The notes beneath the pieces were generated by a model, which saw nothing but the letters and a program-made list of their open reading frames with translations, was not told the origin of the DNA and ran no database searches. The position numbers and the translations under genes are program-made. A stretch of 63,927 bases of DNA, the filler included, from Aduncisulcus paluster (taxonomy: Eukaryota), in NCBI GenBank assembly GCA_024181965.1. It is 6 parts of 6 records of this genome, joined end to end, with 100 filler letters (N's around TTAATTAATTAA, not from the genome) between each part and the next. Parts side by side here need not be neighbours in the genome. Positions count along the whole stretch, not along the records: positions 20,654 to 27,961 come from BQXS01011007.1; positions 28,062 to 41,882 come from BQXS01011010.1; 4 more parts are not named here. One strand, written 5' to 3'. Of this stretch, positions 21,537 through 33,222 are shown piece after piece. Position 1 is the stretch's first letter, and each line of letters begins with the position of its first letter.

Positions 21537-21905
21537 ACTCATCAGCTCTAATTTAGTAAAAATTGTTTTCTTTTCCAAATGTTTCGTAACAAAATCGAGA
21601 TTATCGATATTGATAATGCATTTTATTTGTAATTACTTGAGTTAGTTGGATATTAATGGTATTTTTATACAGATTTCAAAATCTTGTTTTTTCCTCGGCA
21701 GTATTATGATATAAAAATATTACCAGTGGGAGAAATATAGATATATTGAAAAGTTTTTTGGATATCCTTTATTTTCAAACGTAATAATGTTTTTGTTTGG
21801 TATTTTGAAGCCAATTATGCTGACAGCTATTTCCTGTCTCAATACTGAATCCAGGGAACTAAAAACAATTTATTTAGAACAACGTAAAAATTCTCTATTC
21901 CTCAT

Positions 21906-22751
21906 TCACAAGATATAACAACACCCTCCAGACGATTTCTGAAGAGTTTTGAGCTCTGTCACTATTTCTCGTGCTTTGGGACGCAGAGCCGATGGAGAAC
22001 ACACCATTCGTTTAATTAAGGCAATTAAATTATCAGGGACATCCTTCATAACAAAGGTACAAGCATCAATATAATCCTCAGAGATCAAATACTTGTCATT
22101 TCTTGCCTTGTCCATAGCAGGCTTCTTCCCAGTCAATGCTTCAAGAAACACCACTCCAAGACTGAATATATCACACTCAAAACTATAGGGAAGCTCTTCT
22201 AAGATCTCAGGAGCCATATAAAGAACCGTTCCAACAATGGTCATCCTTTTCCGCTCTTCTTCTTCAACCCAACGAGTGAGACCAAAATCTGCGAGTTTAG
22301 CTTTGTATGGATGAGATTTCGTTGAGAGAAGGATGTTATCTGGTTTGATATCCCGGTGAATAAAATGCCTCTCATGCATTTCAGCAAGACCTTCCACAAT
22401 AGGCAAAAATAAAGAATAAAATTGCGACATTGTTGATGGTTCACCACGTTTAATTAATTCTGAGAGTGTACCGCCAAGCATAAGCTCTTCGACAACAAAA
22501 TAATTTCCTCCTCGACGAAATCCACCTTTAAATCCGACTATTCCGTGATGTGAAAACTCAGAAGCAGCTGATATTTCTCTGTCGTATGCTTGAGCAGCCC
22601 CTACAGATAAACCATTAATTTTTTTGATGGCCACGACTTCATCACGATATTTTCCTTTATATACGGAAGCAAATGCTCCGAATCCAAGTTTTTCACCTAA
22701 TTCAACATCTCTAGGTTTTAGAGAATCGAAAAAAGACCTTCTAGATTGCAT
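21906..22751 (-). CDS. Small TKL-group protein kinase (LIMK/TESK-like activation segment) with C-terminal CCYIL prenylation motif
   Basis: GFGAFASVYKG, VAIK, HRDIKPDN, DFG, RKRMTIVGTVLYMAPE, DIFSLG; ends GGCCYIL*. Confidence 0.9.
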   Translation of the reverse strand: MQSRRSFFDSLKPRDVELGEKLGFGAFASVYKGKYRDEVVAIKKINGLSVGAAQAYDREISAASEFSHHGIVGFKGGFRRGGNYFVVEELMLGGTLSELIKRGEPSTMSQFYSLFLPIVEGLAEMHERHFIHRDIKPDNILLSTKSHPYKAKLADFGLTRWVEEEERKRMTIVGTVLYMAPEILEELPYSFECDIFSLGVVFLEALTGKKPAMDKARNDKYLISEDYIDACTFVMKDVPDNLIALIKRMVCSPSALRPKAREIVTELKTLQKSSGGCCYIL

Positions 22752-23243
22752 TTTTGTCAAATGTGAATTGTATAATTAATATATGATAAATTGAAAAGGA
22801 TAAAATGGGATATAATTCTGAAATATATTGAAAATATAGAGAAATGTTTCTAAAATTTTGTGTTCTGGCGAAAACCGATGGAAATTTAGGAATATTTTTC
22901 TCGACTATTTCTGAAAGGTCATTCAACATAAAACATTGCATTGCATGCCACATTGCTGAAGTTGTGTATTTTTATACCTGTCAATAAAAACAGAACCTAT
23001 TGTGGAATCAATTAATTTTAAGATATTTCTCTCCTTGAAAGAGGGGAAACATTTATTAAACTATTAAATAAAACGAAAATATCAGCTTTGAAAAGACAGT
23101 TCTAGCGTATAAAACCCTTCCACATTATGGAATTGGTGATTTACACGTTAGGGATCAAATCGAGGCCAAACCGCTTGAATAATTCTCAAAAATAAACAAA
23201 ATAAATAAATAATGGTTATAAATAAAGTTTTAAAAAATGTACC

Positions 23244-26200
23244 TTACTTAAATCCTTTTTCATTTCGATGGAAAAAGGTCATCGAACTGTGTGCCCTTAA
23301 CTTTGGTTTAAATCCTCTTGATATCTTCCCTTTCATCTTTTTATCAACACTCTCTTTTCTAACTCCGTATGGAGATCGAGATCCAGTGTCTGACGTGGAA
23401 CTGGGAACTCCCAACCCTGTCTTGGCGGTTGAAGAGGAGCTCAAATTACATTCAAAGGTCCCAAACAAACTCGTATCCATTGCCATCGAGAATGGATTAA
23501 CGTCCTGGGCGAAACAGGAAGGAGGTAGAAGCGAAGAAGAGGAGAATAGGTATGCAAATCTGAATGGAGACAATGAATCAATCCAAGAACAAGTGGAGAA
23601 AGGGGCAGAAAGAGCAGAAGGAAGGGAAATATGCTGAGTCCAGGTTGTTTTGGATGATGGATAGGAGTCAAACCAACGACTATTGCCTTCTTTCTCAAGA
23701 ACTATTCTTGGACCATGGATAGCCAACACCGATTCGATGTTTGAATAATCGGATCCGGGTGATAAAGATGAGGCAATGATGGATTGTTCATCATACACGC
23801 ATTGCAAAGCACCACAGGGGAGGTAATACGATGGGAAGAAGCAGACACAAGGGGGGAACTGGTCGATCATCGAACACATAATCTTTTCATCCTGAGGTTG
23901 TAAACGCTTGGAAGCGTGTTGTGCACTCAAAGAACCCACAGAAACACGAGAGAATGAGGTGAATATTGGATCTTTTTTCTTGACTTGCATGGAGGCGAGG
24001 CTCATTTCATGTGTTTCTTTCTGGTGTTGGAAAGGACCAATGTGCTCTGCAGGCTGTTTCTTAGAGGTTAAAGCCATCAAATACTTAGCCTTTTTAATGA
24101 TTTTTGAGGCTATATTTAGATATGAGAAAGAATAATGGGGATATGACGATTCCTTATCTCTCTGACTGTCAGGACTGGAAGAAGCCTCCTCAATATACTT
24201 GCCCCACAAAGAACAGGCGTATTTCTTTGCTAGATTATAAAACAACACGTACAATGACTCATCTTGAGAAATATGATGTGCTAAAAATAGACACAGATCA
24301 AAACATTCACTTATGATGTCAAGGCACAAATTGCAAGGTGGATTGTAATCATCTGAAGAGGAGGAGGAGGAAGAAGAGGAGGAAGAGGAAGAGGAAGAGG
24401 AAGACGAAGAGGAAGAGGAAGACGAAGAGGAGGAGAAGGCAGAGTTTCCTTCCAGCAACTGACATAGAAGCGGGGATATGGTTCTGACACACCAGTTACG
24501 TGAGAAACAACCAAGAATAGAAGGTACAACTGATCGAATAAAATAATGCGCAAATAAATTTCTATTTTTAGAAACAGAATCATGAAGAAGTAATAACAAC
24601 GAGGCCTTTTCACTCCGTCTCCATATGGAGCTCTGAGATGATCTCAACAGGATGAGGCTCACAAAGATCCTAAATATTGGGATACAGGTCGCAAGAGAGG
24701 AGGAAAAAGATAATGGAAGTTCCAAAGCTTGGGTTAAGCTTATGGGGTGAGACGCAAAGGCAGCACAAAGGCCATCTTTTGTCTTGGGATTATTCAACAA
24801 AACGCTCAATATCCATTGGCATGTTGAAGCATTCGCTATTCCACTATGTTTGTAGTATACAACATGGGTCAACAGGAATGGTAATACAAAGAACATTGAA
24901 GACATGTTACGCCAATGTGATGGTGTTGAAACAGTGGAGCCTAAGTGCACAGATCCCAAGCCATCCTTGAGACGTTTCTCTTTCAGTTGTTCCTCGACTT
25001 CTTTCCTCTTATCTCCACTCAATTTCTTCACAACAGCATCTCTCTTTTTCTGTTCAAGCTTCTCCCGTTCACGCACTGATAGAACGTCTTTCATACCAGA
25101 GTGAAGAGAAGCACACACAGAGCAGAACAATTGAATAACTTCATGTTTTAGCTGTGAAAATGAACTCGGAGGTGTTGAGATCAGTGAGATATATCTCGGT
25201 GGAATTGGAGGAATATACGACAGAGGGAGAGAGAGATGGGATAGATGGGACAAAGGAGAGAGAGAGGTTGATTGGGTGGAGATGGAAGAAGAAGAAGAAG
25301 AAGAAGAGGAAGAGGAAGAGGAAGAGGAGGAAGAGGAAGAGGAGGAAGACGAGGGAAGAGATGAAGTTGAGGAGGAGGATAGAGATGTAAACCCACCCCA
25401 ATAGATTTCATCAGTGTAACATTCATAATTCATTGACTCCCATGGAGAAAATGTCTGTTCACTCTTCTTTCTGACACTGGTTGAGATAAAATCTATTTTT
25501 AGCATCAGAATTCTTTCTTCTTCGAGGATAAGAGAAGCAATTGGACACACAAATGGACAAGAACAGCCTTTTTTAATAAAAGCCTTTGAATAAGTTCCAT
25601 GTGATGAAAGAGATGTCAAATCCCCAAGCTTTTTAAGACCAGCTGAAGGCAGCATGAGCTGTGATCCTGAGGAATATGAGGAAGATGAGGAAAGGTCTGA
25701 TGAACAAGTATGTTCAAAATTTGAGAATACATCCATGGGTGTTGTAATACCATTCAGGACCATCATACACCGAGCAATAGTAGGACAAATGACTGATCTT
25801 TCAGATATCAGGAAAGGGTTGACCTGGACACAACTGCATATTCGCACCAGAAAGAGTCTTGCACGATTAATCCACTTGAGAGAACACGAAGCAAGGGAGA
25901 AAATTGACGAAGAGGAAGAGGAGGAAAGAGATGAACTCTGACTTCCACCGTATGAGCTGTGTCTCTGATGTTTCTGAGAGGATGTCTTGGATGTGGCAAG
26001 GTGTGACACCAATGGATTGCCATACTTATCAATGAGGAGATCTCCAAACAAGACAGGGATCTTTCTGAACAATATGGAGGATATATTACGCTTGGTGTGA
26101 AGAAAGAAGAACAGTAAAGAAGATAAGAATCCACCGGCGAGATTGTCAACACAGGCACCTGGAGACATCCCAGATGAGAAGAAGGAAGATAAGGAGAGAA

Positions 26201-27961
26201 AGGAAGAAAGAGAGGATATCAAGGATAACTGAACATGACGAATGCATGCAAGAAGAGAAGGGGAGGACAAAGAGGAAGAGGAAGAGGAAGAGGAAGAGGA
26301 AGAGGAAGTTGATAGAGTGGAGGATATTGACTGATATTTAAAAGAAATTAAACTGTTGTGTGCCAATTGACTCCCACCTTTCTCTCCTTCTCCGACTTGC
26401 ATCCACGAAGACTCGATTGCATTCTTCATCATAGATGTTATCTCTTTTCCACTTGCACATACAAAGGGGAGGCCCAAGTATGAAGTGAAAAAGGGCAAGG
26501 AGATACAGAAACACGTGGGAAGAACGCAGGTGGCGTCCGTGGAGCATTGTTGAATACATCTGGCGAGAGATGTCGGGTCTGACGATAAAAAGGGAGCGGA
26601 AAGAGATCCACACAGTAAGAAGGATGGCGAGTATCGAGTTGGGAACCTCATTCCAGTAGGTAAATCAGATAAACACGCGGAATTAAGAGAGGTTCCATGA
26701 TGCATACAAGGGTTTGAGTGCATCAAAACAAGACAAAATGAGAGCATAATACTCCTTGGTACAAGAGTAGCCGGATGAATTGAAAACAAATCAACCTCAA
26801 CGGTCTCAGAATGGGAATCTGAGGAATCGGATGAAGAGGAAGAGGAAGAGGAAGAACTCAAACTGGAAGAAGAATCAGTATCTTGTTCAGATGAAGATAA
26901 AATCCTCCAAGCAACAGTTTCATTCCATCTTCTGATCACTTGGTAAGACACTCTCAAATGTTCAGCCAGACCAAGACAAATGGACACAATGAGCTGTGAA
27001 ACCCTTGACGGTGGCCATCCGTGCGTAGTCTTCGTCTTATCAATCCACATCGACTCACAAACATACAGAATTGAGGAGAGATGTGAAATCAATTGGGAAG
27101 TGTGGAAAGACGCTGAAGAAGGGGGGAGAAGAGGCATAAAAGCCGTGGAAGATGAGGTTGTTCTTGCTGCTTTGCCTTTGGAGCCTGTTGAAGCTTTTGC
27201 TTTCCTCACAGGTCTTTGTAACAACAGCTTCTCCTTCCACTCTCTAATCCTTCCTCGTTGTCTCTCTTTCTCCTTATAAGCCATCAGACAACATTCACTT
27301 ACAGCCCCAAACTCACCACAGACACCCAAAGACTCCGTGGAAGAACATTTATGAGTCCTGATGAGTGGAAGAACGAAGAGAATACACAGGGAGAAGGACG
27401 AAGAGAGGAAGGACGAACTCAGTTGGATGTATTTACCCACTGTATGACAAAGGTGAGGAAGAGAGAAGGAGATAGGATCCATGGAATGGGTGCATGAAGG
27501 CTCCATTGGATCAATTGATGTTCCAGTGATTGGATGTGATTTAGAAGCCTTCTTTGATACAGGTTTGCCGGAACTAGTACTTGCCCCTGGTTTCTTTGTG
27601 GAAGAAGAACCAGAACCACTCCTAGGAATCCTTAGACGGTATGAGGAACTTCTGTGTGGACCAGTCGAGGTTGAGTGTTTAGCATGGTTCTGTGATTGTC
27701 CACTATGCACTCGAGACTTCTTCTTGTGGTTATCACCCTGCATTTTCTTCACCTTTTCACGTCTGTATTCCTCACATCTGCTCCATTTTCTCATCTTCTC
27801 CTTCATAACATGTGAAGTGTTTGACATATGCTCATAGATATGTGTGAAAGCATAGTTGAGCTGAGGTTTTGGATTGGTAACAAACTTCTCGGAATCTCCA
27901 CATGTGAGAACAGGAATGATGCCACGAAAGGCACATCTGAGAGCTTCAAGCTGGACCTCTT
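23244..27961 (-). CDS. Very large Ser-rich helical hypothetical protein (>1570 aa), 5'-truncated at the spacer
   Basis: The 1527-aa ORF frame stays open from 27827 to the spacer at 27961; several poly-Ser tracts. Confidence 0.8.
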
Positions 27962-28061
27962 NNNNNNNNNNNNNNNNNNNNNNNNNNNNNNNNNNNNNNN
28001 NNNNNTTAATTAATTAANNNNNNNNNNNNNNNNNNNNNNNNNNNNNNNNNNNNNNNNNNNN
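27962..28061. other. Artificial contig-joining spacer
   Basis: N44-TTAATTAATTAA-N44. Confidence 0.97.
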
Positions 28062-29228
28062 GTTTGATCGCATACAAAACTGTTGTGAAGGATTGTTGGA
28101 GTTTATAAAGTGCAACTCAAGTTGTCTACAAATCACAAATGTTTCAACCATATCTCTCGTCCTCTTTACCAGTCATTATTGGCTTCTTAACAAGTACTCA
28201 TTCAATATTATGTTTTTAGAAAAGTAGAGAAAGTTTCTTTGATGAATTACGGAAACCAATTGGAAGGATTCTTTCCTCACTATGCACTACCCTTGATGAC
28301 CTGTTACAACAAGCACATCAACTCCAGAAAAACGAAACTTATGCAGCCTATATGTGGAACGCTTTCAGAGAACATAAATGGTCTGAGATGGGCGACCTTT
28401 ATATTGTGCTGAGTTCTCTATCATTTTATTTTTTCTATTTTCCATTGATTTTGACTCAATACATGCAATTTATCCCCATTTTCTACGACATTTCTTCGTT
28501 TTCTATGGGTTTTGAAAAGTGGAATTCTAAAAATAGAATTTCTAAAAATAGAAATGTAAAAAATATTTTTGTTCCTTTCGCGTCATACGTGTCATTTATA
28601 TTGGATTTTCTTCCCAGAAGTTGTGATTTATGGTAGTTTTGAATATTCTGAAATCGTGTTGAATAGTTTGATTGTCTATAGTTTCGGTTCCAATTAAACA
28701 TATATTCTGGGCTGATTGAGAGATATTAGTTCTCACAAGGAAGTGTTTAGAACGTTATCTCCATCAATATGAAGTGCATTAAAAGATTAATAAACCACGA
28801 ACTGCTGTTCGTTGACTTTCTTCTTCAAATGGAAAGGGAATTGAGATTCCAAAATATTTATTGCTTCAATTAGTCTAATTATTAGACAAGAATGAGAAAC
28901 CAAGCGATTTTCCACACTATTTTACTCGAACAAACCTTCAATGAGAGGATATCATATTTTTAAAATATTATTTTTAAATATGATAGAATACACACCACCG
29001 AGGTATAACCACGTCGTTTCAAGGTGAAAAGAAAGGAAGTTGGGCCAGATCATCGGAAAATAATAAAAAAAATAGATAGAAACACATTACGTTACAATTA
29101 TAAAGATATTTATAAAATACTGATGTAAATATCACAAAATCAAAGATTCAATGAATAACTTCAATCATAAATTATTTCTGAAAAATAACAAAAAGGGAAA
29201 AATAGCCAAAATATATTTTTTAAACATC

Positions 29229-32200
29229 TCACTTCTTCTTCTTTCCTTTCTTCTTATCATCTTTCTTGCTTGAAGTTTCCTTTGGTTTCGTCTCTTCCTT
29301 TTCTGGAGATTCTATTGTGGTACTAGAGGAACTACTGAACAATGGAGTTCTCTCCGTGCCAACCTGAATTCCTCTCATGAATCCTTTACGAATACACTGA
29401 ATTCCACGTTCAACCCTTCGACGATTCACAAACCGATTTGTGGCAGTGGTGATACGTTTAATGGTAGTAAATAGCTCTGTTCCAAACTCACTCAGTTCAT
29501 TCTTCACACTGGTGCACATGGGAACAATATGGTTACATCTCACTACAGCCAAGGATGCCGCCAGAGCACTTCCATCTTGCTCAGATTCCCTGAGACATTC
29601 CACAAGGGAGTTCAAGAGATCAGAAGACGACACGCCTGAAGAGGAGGATGATTCAACTTCCGCAGATGAGCCTGGTCTTGAGGAAGGCTTTGAGTTTTCA
29701 TCGACTCCAATTAGTTCAGGATCAAACCGAACTCCAAGCCGACTTCTGACCCGATGTCCTCTCCACAATGACTGAACGCGAAGTGCAGCACTCTGTCTGA
29801 TTGAATATTGGTGCAACACATCCGCTAGAATATCCTCCTCGGAAACAGGGTGTTCGATTAAGGCATCCTTGGCTTTGCTCCTCACAAGAGCACAGCACAT
29901 TGTCCCGAGGGCTTGGATTGACGAAGAATGTTTCATCAAGTTTTGTTCACGTTCTTTCCCACGCTCAATCACACGACTCAAGGCTTCACTCAGTTGGACA
30001 ATGCCTCGAGAAAGACGCATTCGATCGTGACTAGAGGTGTCGAGCTCTTGGGTCATTGTCATCAATGAATGTTCAGCATCCTGAAGCTTCAGTTCAAGGC
30101 TGCGAATATACCGAAGGAGAATCACTTGACGGGCGAGAAGACGACGGTTACACATGGGATCATCCTCTTCTTCATCCAAAAGCTGATCATATATTGATTT
30201 TGTTCCCTCAAGACGAGGGACAGGTCCAGAGGACATGACAGTGCCATATCTGGTTCCAGCTCTACCGGTTGTCGCCGAAGGAGACATCGCCTGAGAAGAA
30301 TCCATCCGCTGACTTCTTGTTCCGAGAGGTAAGGTTTGAGCAATACCTCTCCCAAGATTTGACCGGCTAGACGATAGCAGCCGCCCAGAAGATGTTTTCA
30401 TGGATCTTCTTCCACTTGCATGAGGGTTGGCATTCCTCGATATTTGAGGAGTTATTGGTCTCAAAGCGGTAGGTCGAGGAGACTCTTGTGAGTATGGAGA
30501 TGACTCATACTTGGAAGATCCACGAGCACTCCCTTGAAGGCTGCTTCCCACAGATGGTGGCATTGCAGATTCCCCAGTCATCACTAAATGTCCATTGAAG
30601 CCTCCTCTCGCAGAAGACTGCCGTGGAATACAACCTCTCCCTCTTATGCTCGACCCAGATCCAACAATCTCTCCTCTCGAACTTTCCCTCGCAAGGCGTT
30701 GCTGGGAAGACGAAGGAATGGATCGGAAACCAGAGACCTGAGTGGTTTGTCGAGACATCCCAAGGGCGGTTGTTGTTGAAGGATATTGGAACTGAGCTGT
30801 TTCAAACCCGTTCTCCAATCGAATTCCTCTCTTCATTTCAAGCATCGTATTGGCTATTTCATTGATATCCTTCTCACTATCAATGAGAATCTGCATTCGT
30901 TGAACCTGGTCACAGACTTTATGGAGCATCCCCACAGCAAGATTATGTCTAGTGATGTGTTGGAGAACATCTCTATCATTGCCATGAGAGTCGTGGAAGT
31001 CAGGGGATGTGGGCAATTCAGATGGATGTAGAACGGTCGAAGTCTGAGGTGGGTGAACAAATCCATTCAGGAGCTTCTCATGGGATCTGTCAGGATCATA
31101 AAGTTTTCCTTGGACAGAAGCCTTTTCACCTTGCCCATCGATACCCCATCCTTTCCTCTTGAGCATTCCTTCTCTTTCCATACCTTCGCTTGCAGCTCTC
31201 TGCACACGCTCACGGCATAGACGAACTCGTTCACTTTGGTAGAGTGTAGGATGTTGTGGGAGACGAAGATCATTCAGTGGATTCTCCGACAAGACAGGCG
31301 GATCATCCCAAGTTGGGATCAAAGAAGGGACCCCTGAGATACCATCGCCTTGATCGGTTGAGGTTGTGTCACCATCATACTCAGTCCTAGATGTCTCAAG
31401 GGTTGAACGTGAACTCATTGGGCCTCCTTCACTCTGCTCGCCTTGCGTTCTCTCAGTGTCGTGCTGGGATTGCCCAATCGTGGGACTTGCAACTTTTCCG
31501 TCAATGTTCATTTCCATCTGCTTCTTCCTCATTTCCTCAGCAACATCGACACCACCAGAAATGGTCTTGGCGATCGACACGGCTTCTTCATAGTCGATAA
31601 CCTCATTCAATTTGTGAGAATGTGTGGGTTTCAGGGCGAGAGACAGAATACCTTTCTCAGCCATCTCTGACGGTCTAGACCCAACAAAATGAGTCAGATC
31701 AACCCTGTCCAGTCCTGGACCTTTCAAAGCAACCAGATGGTCAAGAACACTGCGACATCTTACCAATTCATTACACAAGGAAAGACACAGAAGAATAAGA
31801 GAAGAGGATGAGAGGGAGGGAGGGAGAAAGGGCCGAGGAGTGGGTGAAGGGAGGTGAGAGGCCTTCGTGGAGCTTTGAGCAGGAAATTCTTGACCATCAC
31901 TATTAAAAAGTTTGCTCATTTTCAAGTTATTCTCTCTAATTCCCTCCTTAAACTGCCTCTGTGTATGCAAACGAGAGTAATCAACTGTTCCATATTGTTC
32001 TTCTTCGTCATCTTCTTCATCTTCTTCTTCCTCTCCTTCTTCTCCTTCTTCGTAGAGAAAACCTCCTTCCTCTCTCCTCTTCCGCTCATCCTCACGCTTA
32101 ATGGCTTTTAGGGTCTCTTGCTCCTGTTGTTTTTGTAGTTCTGCCCTTTCAGCTTCAATGTTTGTCATTAATCCGTGCAGTCTAGTCAAAGGTTGAGAAG

Positions 32201-33047
32201 AAATTGATTTTTCACGCATCAGAAGCGTATCAAGCTGTTTTCTCAGTTCTACTATCGTAGCACCGGTACTCACGTCAACTGATACCTGTGTTCCATCTGT
32301 GGAGCGTGCAGAATTGACAGCGGTATTAGCCATAGGGGTGGATCTCCCAGAGTTGAGAGAAACAACACTTCCGCCCATAACATGCCTTTGAAGGGCAACA
32401 ATCCGCTCCAACAGTTCCATTTTAGCCTGTAAAAGTATGGATCTTTTCTTATCAACATCATGAGGCATGGATGTGAGCACAGTGGGTTTAGAAAATGGTA
32501 GAGAGCAGCGTTTGGCAATATCTCCGGCTTCTTTTAACAATGAGGTAACTTCTTTCTCAAGTTGATGAATATCAGATCTTGAAAAGTCAACAGTAGCAAA
32601 GGAAACATGCTTTGACAATTCAAGTTCATGCTCTGTCTGTTTACCCCTCCTTTCAAGGGCTTTTAACTTTGATTTAAGGGTAGCATTATGAGAGGAAAGC
32701 TTTGTAGCCAAATCACAGAAATATGTGGAAACACTTTTCCACTCAAAATTAATTGTTGTAGCACTTGGCAAATCACGAATAACCGCCATTTTTTCTCCTA
32801 AAATCTGGATTTGATTTTTCATACTTTGAAATCTTTTATCGAATAGTGGTGTAGATGGAGTTGACGGACTTGAAACGGCCACTTTTCGCGAAACCCCTGA
32901 CTATAGCAATAAAAAAACATATAATAAATAAAATTATCATTGATTTTCAAAATTTTTTAAAAAGATGTAAAATATATTGCAAAATATCAATTAGAGATGG
33001 AGTATTTTCGAAATTTTCTAATAACATACAGTTTTTGGCCTATCCAT
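29229..33047 (-). CDS. Coiled-coil protein with an IQ calmodulin-binding motif; exon 1 33030-33047, exon 2 29229-32900
   Basis: IQ motif AALRVQSLWRGHRVRSRL and long heptad stretches; spliced N-terminus MDRPKT|SGVSRKVAVSS. Confidence 0.8.
32901..33029 (-). other. Predicted spliceosomal intron (129 nt, GTATGT...TAG, phase 0)
   Basis: ATG GAT AGG CCA AAA ACT|GTATGT...TTGCTATAG|TCA GGG GTT TCG CGA AAA GTG joins in frame to the GTG-started ORF. Confidence 0.8.
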
Positions 33048-33222
33048 CGCTGGAGTAGCAACAAATGAAAAATTATGTGAGTCAGTTCCCATATTTAGGG
33101 ATTATTATTGACTTGTCCTGGCAAATTCGAGTAAAAGAAATGTAGGAAAAAATCTCCAACCAATAAGTGACAAATATATATTTTATTAAACAAAATTGAA
33201 TACAATGATCACAATAAATCGG

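Noticed and set aside
28062..28636. Coding-like fragment at a contig start
   Set aside because: No single consistent frame; could be a gene end or a pseudogene, but it cannot be supported.
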